Part shown: positions 1 through 8,775 of the stretch, in pieces
Numbering within the stretch: the first letter of the stretch is position 1
Layout of the letters: the number at the start of each line of letters is the position of its first letter
DNA from: Candidatus Enterousia sp.
GTDB taxonomy: Bacteria; Pseudomonadota; Alphaproteobacteria; Rs-D84
DNA: 64,000 nt
Direction: 5' to 3'
NCBI GenBank assembly: GCA_045546075.1
Contig: JAZQCF010000004.1
Coordinates: forward strand, 21,157-85,156
The notes under the pieces: model-generated
What the model was told of the DNA's origin: nothing
The model's database searches: none
What the model saw: the letters and a program-made list of their open reading frames with translations, nothing else
Position numbers and translations under genes: made by a program

Positions 1-228
1 TGCAGCAACTTTTTTAACCGCTACTTTTTTTGCAGCCGGTTTTTTCGCAGCAACTTTTTTAACTGCTACTTTTTTTGCAGCCGGTTTTTTCACGGCAACT
101 TTCTTTGCCGCAGGTTTCTTCGCAGCCGGTTTTTTCACGGCCGGTTTCTTTGCCGCAGGTTTCTTCGCAGCAACAGGTTTTTTCGCAGCAGGTTTTTTTG
201 CCGCAGTTTTCAAGAATGTGAATGCCAT
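1..228 (-). CDS. Lys/Ala-rich histone H1-like protein (AKKPAAKK-type repeats), N-terminal part; the gene runs off the window start
   Basis: On the minus strand, ATG at 228-226 is preceded by AAGGAG (revcomp of 231-240). The translation reads MAFTFLKTAAKKPAAKKPVAAKKPAAKKPAVKKPAAKK... as near-perfect tandem KKPA/KKVA repeats. The DNA shows matching 30-bp periodicity. It is absent from the ORF track because no stop lies within the window. Confidence 0.6.
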   Translation of the reverse strand, partial: MAFTFLKTAAKKPAAKKPVAAKKPAAKKPAVKKPAAKKPAAKKVAVKKPAAKKVAVKKVAAKKPAAKKVAVKKVAA

Positions 229-346
229 TCTTCTCTCCTTTTTATTGTTTTGGATAGAACAAATTCTTTTTGTTCTTGTTTTATATTTTATATTAAAGAA
301 AAAAATTAGTAAAGGAGAAAAGTTATTTTTATTAAAAAAAATTACA

Positions 347-1003
347 CTATGAATATAATTTTTTGAAACCATTTTCAATTTTACGAACATATTCTTCGTC
401 GTGATCACGCCAATATTTTGGATCACGCATCATACGTCGCAAATCCAAATCAGACAAAATTTTTGTATCACCCGAATCTGTCTGGACCAACGGTTCCATC
501 GATTGCATCATCCTGTATACGCCTTGAATTCCCTGGGGTGTGGCACACAGTTCATTAAATGCATCGGCGGGCAAAAATCTTTCACCAAATGATTTTATCG
601 CAACCAACGCATCATACATTTTTTCATCATCACCAAAAATTTTTTTCAATTCTATAATCGCATTTGATTCTTGTTCCACAGAAAAAATTTCTGCGATAAC
701 AGGTGACAAAAATTTTTGTGCAATGTCATAAATTTTTTCAACTTGGTTTTTTGTTAAACCAATTTTATGAAATTCTTGTCGAACATTTTCATCATCAAAG
801 ATTTCATTGTGTGGATATTCGTCCGGACTTTCCGGAACGCCAATCGCACGACGAAAGCGGCACACAGACGATTCATCGGCGTTTTCATCGGGTACAGATA
901 TCATCGTTCCAATTTTCTTTTCTAATTCTGTATAAGATTTTATAATTGCATCCGCATTTAATGTTCCATCTTCGCAACGAAATTTTTCTGGTATATTTTC
1001 CAT
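347..1003 (-). CDS. hypothetical protein (likely start MENIPEKF...)
   Basis: ORF 347..1060. The internal ATG at 1003 has an AAAGGAAAA RBS. No family recognised. Confidence 0.5.
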   Translation of the reverse strand: MENIPEKFRCEDGTLNADAIIKSYTELEKKIGTMISVPDENADESSVCRFRRAIGVPESPDEYPHNEIFDDENVRQEFHKIGLTKNQVEKIYDIAQKFLSPVIAEIFSVEQESNAIIELKKIFGDDEKMYDALVAIKSFGERFLPADAFNELCATPQGIQGVYRMMQSMEPLVQTDSGDTKILSDLDLRRMMRDPKYWRDHDEEYVRKIENGFKKLYS

Positions 1004-1004
1004 A

Positions 1005-1193
1005 TTATTTTCCTTTATTTTGTTTTGATTTATGCAATATATATACTCCACCAATCGCAATCAGTGCCTGAATCATAGCGAATAAATCGGAATCGCCAAC
1101 CATATATGCCGCAACGGCTGATATAATTCCAACACCGGTCATAATTTGTGTTTTGCGATTCGCAAAAAATCCACCGCTTATAAATTTGCTCAT
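1005..1193 (-). CDS. small two-helix membrane protein (hypothetical)
   Basis: Part of ORF 1005..1310. From MSKFISGG there are two hydrophobic stretches and a KSKQNKGK tail. The RBS is weak. Confidence 0.3.
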   Translation of the reverse strand: MSKFISGGFFANRKTQIMTGVGIISAVAAYMVGDSDLFAMIQALIAIGGVYILHKSKQNKGK

Positions 1194-1207
1194 ATAAAAT
1201 CCCAAGG

Positions 1208-1603
1208 TTATGTATAAAATAAAATACCATCTATGTCCGCGATGTATCCGCGTGCAACCGCCCATTGTGGCAACACATCCGCCCGATGAAACATTGTCGC
1301 GCCGTAACACATATCCGGTAAATTACCACGCAACATACGAATCGCCGTGCGCACACACATTTGAAATCCACGCACATTCGAATCGATATTCAAATTTTTA
1401 TTATTCTGCGATTCGAACATTGTCGTATTTGATATAACATCATAAATTCCAACACCGTTTTTCTTGGCACAATTTGAAATCATAGAAGTTAATGCTTCGA
1501 CCACACGCAAAGAACGCGCACCTGTTTCCGCGAAAACAACGCGCGCAACACTATCCGCCAAACTTGCTGTGTCATAATTGGCGGTTATTATGGTTGAATT
1601 CAT
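1208..1603 (-). CDS. cell-wall hydrolase SleB/CwlJ-like domain protein
   Basis: ORF 1208..1750. ATG at 1603 has an AAGGAAG RBS. The motifs AETGARSLRVVEALTSM..RGFQMCVRTAIRML resemble the Hydrolase_2 (SleB) domain. Confidence 0.5.
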   Translation of the reverse strand: MNSTIITANYDTASLADSVARVVFAETGARSLRVVEALTSMISNCAKKNGVGIYDVISNTTMFESQNNKNLNIDSNVRGFQMCVRTAIRMLRGNLPDMCYGATMFHRADVLPQWAVARGYIADIDGILFYT

Positions 1604-1766
1604 ATCACTTCCTTTTTTTCGCAAAGAAAAAACCGCACAATGTGCGGCATAAAAAAATTCACACCTGCGTGTGAATACAATTTCTCTTTTGATGTTGATT
1701 ATCGTATCATAAATTACATAAAAAGTCAAGCATTTTATAAAAAACGCCACAAATCTGCGGCATACA

Positions 1767-2537
1767 TCACATCAAAATTTCATCACCGTGAACCAATAAA
1801 TATTCGGGGCCACGCCGCACAACCAATGCGCCGGTATCATTTATACCAATCAATTCGACCATTTCGCCACGATATTTTACCAAACCGTTAAGTCCCGCCG
1901 CCGATTCCATCCAACGCCGCCGCACCGAATCGAATTCTGCATCCATCCATTTATCTAATTTCTTGGCCAATCGTGATAATAAATCGGTCAAATCTATATT
2001 ATTTGCGTATCTGGCCAACTTGGTTGTTTGGTATTCTGTAACGGTTGGATTTGAATTAACGTTTATTCCAATTCCAACGATAACGAATCGACCTGCGTAT
2101 TCTATCAAGACACCTGAAACCTTTTTCCCATCAATCAGTATATCATTTGGCCACTTTATCGTTGCATCAATTCCATATGATGCCAGTGTATCTATAATCG
2201 CGACCGCCACGGCATACGCAAGGCGTGGATCACGTTCCGGACTTTTGAATATAAAACTTGCATACAAATTACCATGATGTGAAACCCATTTACGACGATA
2301 TCGACCACGGCCGGCATACTGTGCGGCGGCGCAAATCACCGTATGGTCAGTTGCCGTACCATTTGCAATCATATCATGCGCATAGGTCTGGGTACTGGAA
2401 ATTTTGTCAAAAGATAATACTTTATATCCCGCCAATTTTGAATATTCCGTTTTCGTTTTTAATAAAATCGCGCCCGAACAGTTTGCGCAACCCATATATC
2501 GCCGTATCAACCGTATGTGTTGTTGTATCGCGCACAT
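1767..2537 (-). CDS. birA: biotin--[acetyl-CoA-carboxylase] ligase BirA
   Basis: GRGRYRRKWVSHHGNLYASF and KWPNDILIDGKKVSGVLIE are classic BirA catalytic motifs. The true start may be the internal M (MGCANC, ~2495). Confidence 0.8.
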   Translation of the reverse strand: MCAIQQHIRLIRRYMGCANCSGAILLKTKTEYSKLAGYKVLSFDKISSTQTYAHDMIANGTATDHTVICAAAQYAGRGRYRRKWVSHHGNLYASFIFKSPERDPRLAYAVAVAIIDTLASYGIDATIKWPNDILIDGKKVSGVLIEYAGRFVIVGIGINVNSNPTVTEYQTTKLARYANNIDLTDLLSRLAKKLDKWMDAEFDSVRRRWMESAAGLNGLVKYRGEMVELIGINDTGALVVRRGPEYLLVHGDEILM

Positions 2538-2964
2538 AACCCAATGCCAACTTTAATTCGTCCGCGCTCATCCCGCCGCTTTTTTTAAGCCGCACCACTA
2601 TTTGTCGCTGAATAGGTGACAAAGATACAGACCGCCCAAACACCGATGCCAAAACCTTGGTATCGTCCAGTGCCGTTATTATTATGGATTTTAATTCCAA
2701 CGATGTTACCGGCGAATTCAATTTCAAAGAATCCAAATCGACATCCGCCAAATTTGCATCATCCACCGATGTGGCATTCAAATCTAACACTATTGCGCGC
2801 CAATATGGGTCGGTTGTAAAAATCCTGATTCCAGTCAACATATTAACAGAATAAACAAACAATCGCGCGGTGTCCAATAAAAAAGGTGCCGGCACATATA
2901 CGCGCACCGGCACCGATGTTCTGGTCCATATTGAAACTTTAACCGATTCGTTTGTGTTCCCCAC
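2422..2964 (-). CDS. OmpR/PhoB-type winged-helix response-regulator-like protein with a degenerate receiver
   Basis: The C-terminus LSPIQRQIVVRLKKSGGMSADELKLALGYVRDTTTHTVDTAIYGLRKLFG matches the trans_reg_C pattern. Upstream, LTGIRIFTTD..IVLDLN resembles a receiver domain but the N-terminal acidic pair is absent. The 5' third of ORF 2422..3159 overlaps the HTH ORF out of frame, so the start was taken at MVGNTNES. Confidence 0.4.
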   Translation of the reverse strand: MGNTNESVKVSIWTRTSVPVRVYVPAPFLLDTARLFVYSVNMLTGIRIFTTDPYWRAIVLDLNATSVDDANLADVDLDSLKLNSPVTSLELKSIIITALDDTKVLASVFGRSVSLSPIQRQIVVRLKKSGGMSADELKLALGYVRDTTTHTVDTAIYGLRKLFGRDFIKNENGIFKIGGI

Positions 2965-3187
2965 CATCCACAAATTTTGTAAAATCTTGGATAGACGAAC
3001 CGGTTGAAGCCAAAATCTTGGAAATACTGTTGGTTGACGGCCAACGGGGTTGTCCATCCTTGGTCCAACGTTTACTTTTGTTAAATGTTGTCGGGTCCAA
3101 ACCACTGCACCGCGCCAGGCCGGAACACGACATTCCGTGCTCGGTTGCGAATTTTTCAATGGCGCGCCAAATATCTTCGTGTGTCAT
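2939..3187 (-). CDS. XRE/cI-like helix-turn-helix DNA-binding protein
   Basis: 82 aa. DIWRAIEKFATEHGMSCSGLARCSGLDPTTFNKSKR is a typical HTH_XRE / phage-repressor N-terminal domain. Confidence 0.55.
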   Translation of the reverse strand: MTHEDIWRAIEKFATEHGMSCSGLARCSGLDPTTFNKSKRWTKDGQPRWPSTNSISKILASTGSSIQDFTKFVDGGEHKRIG

Positions 3188-3304
3188 ATTTCCCCCCCTT
3201 GCCTAATAAAATATTATTCCGCCACGCCCGATTAAGCAACAAGCAGTATTTCCTAGGATTTTAAGGGGTCTACATTGACATAAAAAATATTTTGACAAAA
3301 ATAC

Positions 3305-3333
3305 TTGACAAATGCTTTTGATTGTATTATATT
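3305..3333 (+). promoter_or_regulatory. sigma70-type promoter (TTGACA, 17-bp spacer, TATATT)
   Basis: The -35 TTGACA at 3305-3310 and -10 TATATT at 3328-3333 are read directly, separated by exactly 17 bp. A second TTGACA lies 14 bp upstream. Confidence 0.5.
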
Positions 3334-3340
3334 TCGATTC

Positions 3341-3529
3341 GTCAAAGGGGCAAAACCCGATGACCAGGCACTTAAATGTCTGTGGGGCCCAGAGATTCCA
3401 GACTCCCTCCTACATTCTCTCTCCTCTGGACTTTGGACCCCAACCCAAGTTTAGAATGGCCATTTCTTTTTCTCCTTTCCTTCCTTTCAGGCCATTCGGA
3501 AATACCGCCGGCAACGGCGGTGTTTTTTT
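3341..3529 (+). ncRNA. candidate small RNA (~190 nt) between the promoter and an intrinsic terminator
   Basis: A rho-independent terminator ACCGCCG-GCAA-CGGCGGT followed by TTTTTTT lies at 3504-3529. The body is pyrimidine-rich with long imperfect pairing (GGGGCCCAGAG / CTCTGGACTTTGGACCCC). The only overlapping ORF (3312..3533) is low-complexity. Confidence 0.35.
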
Positions 3530-3544
3530 ATAATAATTCCAAAT

Positions 3545-3745
3545 TTTCCCCATTTTTATTGTCAAAGGCCTGTGAAACCGCGGGTTTTTATGTGTATGCG
3601 GGGTGGTCAAAAACGAACGTTTTTGTCCAGCGTTTTTTTAATGTTTTTCAAATTATAAGAAATGGCGGAAATCCGCCATTTTTAATTGACAAAAAACCGT
3701 TTTAGACTGGTCACAAAAAACGTTCGTTTTTTGTTATCATTATTG
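3545..3745. repeat. repeat X, copy A (~200 bp); an inverted copy lies at 9858-10058
   Basis: About 90% identical to the reverse complement of 9858-10058. It contains the hairpin AATGGCGGAAATCCGCCATT. Confidence 0.8.
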
Positions 3746-3754
3746 GTGTAAAAA

Positions 3755-3959
3755 CAACGCCGTCAGGCACGACAAGAGAGCCGTCATCCCGGCGCAGGCC
3801 GGGACCCAGTGTGAACGAAGTGAACACTTGCGTCGCAGACAGTGAATGTTTGTCACGCGCAAAGCGCGTTCTAAATTCCCTGCGGGGCAGGTGCGCGCTG
3901 TCGCTCGGCCTGGGTACCGCCCTTCGGCGGTATGACGAGAGAAAGCCGGGATGACGGTG
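3755..3959. repeat. repeat Y, copy A: a 118-bp core (3805-3922) flanked by hairpin inverted repeats (CCGTCATCCCGGCGCAGGCCGGGA ... GCCGGGATGACGGTG). It lies immediately upstream of gene 3982
   Basis: The core is near-identical to 9646-9763 on the same strand. The terminal inverted repeats were read directly. Confidence 0.8.
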
Positions 3960-3981
3960 AAAAAAAACAAAGAGGGAAAAT

Positions 3982-4515
3982 ATGAGCAAAAAAACATTAT
4001 TACTTGGTGCTGTCGCATCAATTATCGCAATCAATTCAGTTTTCGCAGATACAACCGTTACATCAAAACAATATGTTGATACCACGCGCCAGGCAACAAT
4101 ACCGGCAACCGGCACTAACGCATCGACACCGGGTACAACCGTTGTCACATATACCGGTACCGCGGGACAAATCGGCGAACGCGGGATTGTGGAACCACCG
4201 GTAGACTATGCCGATATGCCAGATGCGAATAAACTGGTTACGATGGGACAGATGGCAGATTTTGCCGATTCTGTTTTTGACGATATAGACGATCTTGGCA
4301 ACCAGATAGAACAGGTAACCAACCTGCCGGAAACGACTGTTACGTATAAAACATGTTACCAGGAAGTAAACGGCGATTGTATTCTATGGAATTTAACCGA
4401 TAAAGATGTTTATGGCAATTATTGTACCCAGACCACAGATTGCCCGCCGTGCGGAGAAATGTCTCATCCGTATTGCAGTGCAAACAAATGCCTGTGTGCA
4501 CCAGACTTCAGCTAA
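3982..4515 (+). CDS. secreted protein, paralog 1 (signal peptide, VTSKQYVD motif, Cys-rich C-terminus with CILWNL)
   Basis: The RBS AGAGGGAAAAT precedes the ATG. The N-terminus MSKKTLLLGAVASIIAINSVFA is signal-like. It shares N- and C-terminal motifs with gene 8776..9579, while the middle differs. Confidence 0.7.
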   Translation: MSKKTLLLGAVASIIAINSVFADTTVTSKQYVDTTRQATIPATGTNASTPGTTVVTYTGTAGQIGERGIVEPPVDYADMPDANKLVTMGQMADFADSVFDDIDDLGNQIEQVTNLPETTVTYKTCYQEVNGDCILWNLTDKDVYGNYCTQTTDCPPCGEMSHPYCSANKCLCAPDFS

Positions 4516-4516
4516 A

Positions 4517-4544
4517 AACACGCCCGTGTGGGCGTTTTTATTTA
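4517..4544 (+). terminator. rho-independent terminator
   Basis: ACGCCCGTGTGGGCGT followed by TTTTATTT. Confidence 0.6.
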
Positions 4545-4549
4545 CCAAA

Positions 4550-5515
4550 TTACCTGTCAAACACGACCGCCAATTCCCAATGCGGGGAACCAACAAATTG
4601 GTCAAATGCCGCAATGTCGCGCACGGCATATCCGGCACGCATCAAGATTTGCGCATCGCGTCGCAGTGTATTTGGATTACACGAAACATAAATGACACGC
4701 CGAACATTTGAACGCGCCAATTCGCTGCACTGGGCATCTGCACCGGCGCGGGGCGGGTCCATTACCACCAAATCATAATTATTCAGCATTTTCGCAGACA
4801 ATGGATTTTTGAACAAATCGCGTTTATTAAATGGGCCAACTATATCAAATCCGTCTACGCTCGTTTTACTCGCTCCGTCGCGACCCTGTCCGTCAGCATT
4901 CAGCGCATATGTGAAATTTCCAATACCACAGAACAAATCGGCAATATGTTTTGCGGCCGCGGCATTTTTCAAAACAAACGCGCGCATTGCGGATTCACTG
5001 GCCACCGTTGGTTGCAGAAATGCCCCCACCGGGTAATCGACCACCACATCACCAAAACGAACGCGTGGCACGTCATTTTGACACACGACCGCACCATTCC
5101 ACGCAACACGCAACAAACCCGCCTTGGCGGCAGCATTTTTGAATTCGCGCGAAAAATATGGAACATTTGATGTAACCGACAAATCAATTCCATTTTCACA
5201 CGCCGTTATCAATGCCGAACCCGCCCCATCAAACGGCAATGCAGATATTTTTGGCAAAACCCGATTTATTTCCGGTACTAAATTTGGACAATGAGTTATC
5301 GGGACTATATTTTTCGTTCCGCGCACAAAGAAACCGAAACGCCCATTGGCAAACGCAAAATCCGCCCGGCGACGCATACCCGCATGAGTCCAAAATGGCT
5401 CAAAAGACAATTCCCAATCACTGATTTGTTCTATCTTTTTATCACGATAATCGGGTGCGGTAAAATCATACCTGCACCCGCCACAAATTCCAAAGAACGG
5501 ACACGTTTTCATCAC
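4550..5515 (-). CDS. 23S rRNA (uracil-5-)-methyltransferase RumA/RumB (TrmA) family, with an N-terminal 4-Cys cluster
   Basis: CPFFGICGGCRY (Fe-S Cys cluster), DLFCGIGNFT (SAM motif I) and VSCNP (catalytic Cys region). Confidence 0.75.
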   Translation of the reverse strand: MMKTCPFFGICGGCRYDFTAPDYRDKKIEQISDWELSFEPFWTHAGMRRRADFAFANGRFGFFVRGTKNIVPITHCPNLVPEINRVLPKISALPFDGAGSALITACENGIDLSVTSNVPYFSREFKNAAAKAGLLRVAWNGAVVCQNDVPRVRFGDVVVDYPVGAFLQPTVASESAMRAFVLKNAAAAKHIADLFCGIGNFTYALNADGQGRDGASKTSVDGFDIVGPFNKRDLFKNPLSAKMLNNYDLVVMDPPRAGADAQCSELARSNVRRVIYVSCNPNTLRRDAQILMRAGYAVRDIAAFDQFVGSPHWELAVVFDR

Positions 5516-5527
5516 GCGCCTTTTGTG

Positions 5528-6169
5528 TTAAAAATTGATACGTGCGCCAACGCGTAACTGATGCGCACGCGGCCGCAAATCGGGCAAAATATCGACACGC
5601 GGTTTGAACATATAAACATAACGATAACCAAAATCAATCGCAAAATGTTCGCCCAATTCAACCGCAACGCCCGCCAGTGCCGCCATTGATGCAACCGTGT
5701 CATTTTTAACGACAACCGAATCACCATCAACCCACGTCATACCGACACCGGCACCAACGTATGGAACCAATTTCTGTTTATAAAAGAACCGATATATATT
5801 ATCAATTCGCGCATCAACCAACGCATTGATAAAAACCGTATTCGTGTTCAGTTTTATTTCATCCCAACGCGCATTTGTATGCATATAATCGGCTTCGAAC
5901 CTGAATGTATCGTTCAGGCGAAAACCCGCAACCGCATCAAACCCAGATGTTGTTTTGCCATCAAACGTTATGCCGTTACCACTTTCATCCCCCCAGATAG
6001 AAAAATCATACATTCCACCAACATAAAAACGGTGGCGCGATGCAAACGCGTCGTTTTTTGCAACCGAATCGGTTGGGGCCCCTGTTTGCTGAACCCGGTA
6101 CAAAACGGTCGCACCCGCATGCATCGGTAAAACACACACAAGACAAATTAAAAATTTTTTCATATTCAA
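5528..6169 (-). CDS. outer-membrane beta-barrel protein (OmpA-like/OmpW-like porin family)
   Basis: Signal peptide, alternating amphipathic beta-strands, and a C-terminal ...RVGARINF terminal-Phe signature. Confidence 0.6.
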   Translation of the reverse strand: MNMKKFLICLVCVLPMHAGATVLYRVQQTGAPTDSVAKNDAFASRHRFYVGGMYDFSIWGDESGNGITFDGKTTSGFDAVAGFRLNDTFRFEADYMHTNARWDEIKLNTNTVFINALVDARIDNIYRFFYKQKLVPYVGAGVGMTWVDGDSVVVKNDTVASMAALAGVAVELGEHFAIDFGYRYVYMFKPRVDILPDLRPRAHQLRVGARINF

Positions 6170-6175
6170 CCCCTG

Positions 6176-6991
6176 TTAAAAATTCACACGAATCGTTGCC
6201 ATAACATTGCCAACATTATCAACGCCACTGCGTGATGTATTCCAACCAAAACCGTGGCCGATGTTCATTTGATACTGATACGCGACATCCAAACCAATCA
6301 TATCGTTCAGCATAAAATTCATACCCAATTCCAAACGTGGTGCAACAACCAAGAACCCGCCGGCACCGCCAGTGCCCGAAAATTCATATTCACCGATTCC
6401 CGCGCCAATGCCCATAAATGGAACAAATGTGCGACGATATGTAATATCACCCGTTTGAACATAGCGGCGCGCAAAATCAAAATACAGCATACCATTTAAC
6501 GTATGATAATCCGCCGATGCGGATAAATCTTTGAAACCAAAAGTTGATTCTTGGAATGCGATTTCTGTGCGGACATATGAAGACATATTCCAACCCAACC
6601 CAATGGTTGTGTTCCACGAATTTTTAGATTCATACTTTTCGTGGCCAACACGCGCCTTTTTCGTTGCACCGGAAATGTTCAGCCCCCCACCCATTCGCAC
6701 ATACATAGTGGTTGGAACGAATATTTTATAATCATCTGCGTTTGCGGCAGGCGATTCATCATATAAAACCTCTTGCCCCATTTCGCCATATGCACCGGCA
6801 TAGGATGCCGCGGTTACATCAATGGCGTTTGGTTGAGATTGAACGTTGGAACCATCCACGTTTTGAACACGAATCACATTTAATCCGTTCAAAACCTCGC
6901 TGCGGAAACGGCCGGACCGTGATGCGGCAAACGTGGGCGCGCACACCAACAATCCAAGGCAAATGGGTGTAAAGTAAGATATTTTTTTCAT
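6176..6991 (-). CDS. outer-membrane beta-barrel protein
   Basis: Signal peptide MKKISYFTPICLGLLVCAPTFA. Gly/aromatic-rich strands. C-terminal ...ATIRVNF. Confidence 0.6.
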   Translation of the reverse strand: MKKISYFTPICLGLLVCAPTFAASRSGRFRSEVLNGLNVIRVQNVDGSNVQSQPNAIDVTAASYAGAYGEMGQEVLYDESPAANADDYKIFVPTTMYVRMGGGLNISGATKKARVGHEKYESKNSWNTTIGLGWNMSSYVRTEIAFQESTFGFKDLSASADYHTLNGMLYFDFARRYVQTGDITYRRTFVPFMGIGAGIGEYEFSGTGGAGGFLVVAPRLELGMNFMLNDMIGLDVAYQYQMNIGHGFGWNTSRSGVDNVGNVMATIRVNF

Positions 6992-7080
6992 TTAATTTTC
7001 CACTTGGTATATTACTTAATTAGGATTGTATCATAAAATCAAACTTGATTCCAGTGCGATTTATGCTTACCATTACAAAT

Positions 7081-7905
7081 ATGGTAAAGAAAACAGATAA
7101 AAAAATTGCGATTGTTGCCGGCGCGTTACGTTTGCCGTTCTTGGTACGCGATGCGTTGCGTGCGCACGGATGGGATGTTTTTATTATTGGACTTAAAAAC
7201 TTTTGTGACCCGCGGTTAAATCCCGATATGGTAATTCGTATTGGTGGTGCGGGCGCGGCGGTTCGCGCGGCACGGCGGCGTGGTATTAAAAATGTAACAT
7301 TTGTTGGGGCGATTGGACATCCAAACCTTGCAGACATAAGGCCGGATTTTTGGACTTTGTTTGCGTTAATTAAGATATTAAAAAATCAACGGGGGTATGA
7401 TTCTATGGCGGTGGCATTAAATAAAATTATGACAAATGCGGGATTCAATGTTGTGGCGGCCCAGGATTTGGCCCCGGAATTAACATTTGAAAAACCGGGC
7501 ATATTGACCAAAACAAAACCAACCGCGGCGGACAAAAAAAATATTGAACGCGCGATTCAGGTTTCACATACCATTGGTGCGGCCGACATTGGTGCATCGG
7601 TTGTGGTTGACAACCAGGTAATCGCGGTCGAGGCCGCCGAAGGCACGGCACGTATGCTGGACCGCGTGGTTGAAATGCGAAAAAACCGCAAGAAAAAGGG
7701 CGGGGTTTTTGCCAAAATGACCAAACCGGGACAAGATTTGCGCATAGACATCCCTGCAATCGGCGTTGATACAGTAAATGCGGTTGCCGATGCAAAATTG
7801 AACGGGATTGTTGTGAACACCAAAACCTGCTTTGTGGTTGATAAAGATTTGGTAATAAAAACCGCAAATAAACGCGGAATTTTCATAATGGCGGTCGACG
7901 AATAA
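7081..7905 (+). CDS. lpxI: UDP-2,3-diacylglucosamine pyrophosphatase LpxI-like (DUF1009)
   Basis: MVKKTDKKIAIVAGALRLPF... with GAADIGASVVVDNQVIAVEAAEGT and a domain layout typical of LpxI. The start was moved to the ATG at 7081. Confidence 0.55.
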   Translation: MVKKTDKKIAIVAGALRLPFLVRDALRAHGWDVFIIGLKNFCDPRLNPDMVIRIGGAGAAVRAARRRGIKNVTFVGAIGHPNLADIRPDFWTLFALIKILKNQRGYDSMAVALNKIMTNAGFNVVAAQDLAPELTFEKPGILTKTKPTAADKKNIERAIQVSHTIGAADIGASVVVDNQVIAVEAAEGTARMLDRVVEMRKNRKKKGGVFAKMTKPGQDLRIDIPAIGVDTVNAVADAKLNGIVVNTKTCFVVDKDLVIKTANKRGIFIMAVDE

Positions 7906-7962
7906 CCGGTTGACAACTTGAATATTTTGTGTATCATTGTTTCAAATAAAAAAGGAAACAAT

Positions 7963-8748
7963 ATGGACAGCACAAACTTTACCAAGGCGGAAATTAAGCG
8001 TACTTTAACTAATATTCTATTGAATTCTACGTTCGCAGATTCGATAGATTGGAACGCGCAAATACGTGATATTATAACATTCGATTCAGACATGGATATG
8101 ATAAAGGATAAAATCAACGACGTATTTGGTATGTCCATTGCGTACAATATATCAAATATGACCGTTAATGAATTGTTTACTAATGTATATGGATTTATAT
8201 GTGATTCCGGGCGCATAAAATCCAATGCCAGAAAGGGTCGCGGGCTGTTCCACTCAAAAGACGTTGAATGGAATCGTCGATTGATTTTTTCGGCAATTAT
8301 GAATCGCTTCAAATATGCGATTGGGCGCACTGTGGCATCAACCGAATCTTTGGATGACATAAAATATGAAATATCGTGCGATATTATGGGCGGAACGATG
8401 CGCAAATTGGATTCCGCAATACGCGAAATCGAAGATTTCTTTGATATTAAAATAAATGATGCTATGCGCATTTACAACATTGCAAACGCCGCCGAAGAAT
8501 CTATGATAAAAAGTGGCAAAATAAAATCAGACAAACCGAATTCAAATGCGTCATTGGATGAACAGGTTTGGCAAAAAGTTGTTCGCGTATTACCGGCAAA
8601 CTTCTTGGAAAGCCTAATAAAACGTGAATTTGGTGCAAATGTTGCCGGATATAAATTGGCGGGCACAAAATCCTTTGAAGAATTTATGCAAAAGATTTTG
8701 ATCGCCAAAGAAAAGGCCGCCCAAAAAATCACACAAAGAACAAAATAA
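7963..8748 (+). CDS. hypothetical protein (AT-rich)
   Basis: ORF 7918..8748. ATG at 7963 has an AAAAGGAAACA RBS. No recognisable family. Confidence 0.5.
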   Translation: MDSTNFTKAEIKRTLTNILLNSTFADSIDWNAQIRDIITFDSDMDMIKDKINDVFGMSIAYNISNMTVNELFTNVYGFICDSGRIKSNARKGRGLFHSKDVEWNRRLIFSAIMNRFKYAIGRTVASTESLDDIKYEISCDIMGGTMRKLDSAIREIEDFFDIKINDAMRIYNIANAAEESMIKSGKIKSDKPNSNASLDEQVWQKVVRVLPANFLESLIKREFGANVAGYKLAGTKSFEEFMQKILIAKEKAAQKITQRTK

Positions 8749-8775
8749 AAAACGCCCAATCGGGCGTTTTTATTA
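8746..8775. terminator. bidirectional rho-independent terminator between convergent genes
   Basis: AAAAAACGCCCAATCGGGCGTTTTTATT. Confidence 0.6.

Noticed and set aside
3312-3533. 73-aa ORF MLLIVLYFDSSKGQNP... inside the candidate sRNA
   Set aside because: Pro/Phe/Ser low-complexity translation with no RBS. The region is better explained as non-coding.
3740-4021. ORFs 3740..4021(-) and 9485..9775(-), sharing ...GRYPGRATARTCPAGNLERALRVTNIHC...SHW(V/I)PA(C/F)AGMT
   Set aside because: They are read-throughs of the Y repeat (GTCATCCCGGCG...GCCGGGAT hairpins) on the antisense strand. Their similarity reflects the DNA repeat. They lack RBSs, and one copy runs antisense to the paralog leader.
7557-8471. 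304-aa ORF antisense to lpxI and the AT-rich ORF; also 7445..7867(-)
   Set aside because: Low-complexity, Ser/Ile-rich translation fully inside better-supported sense genes. No RBS.
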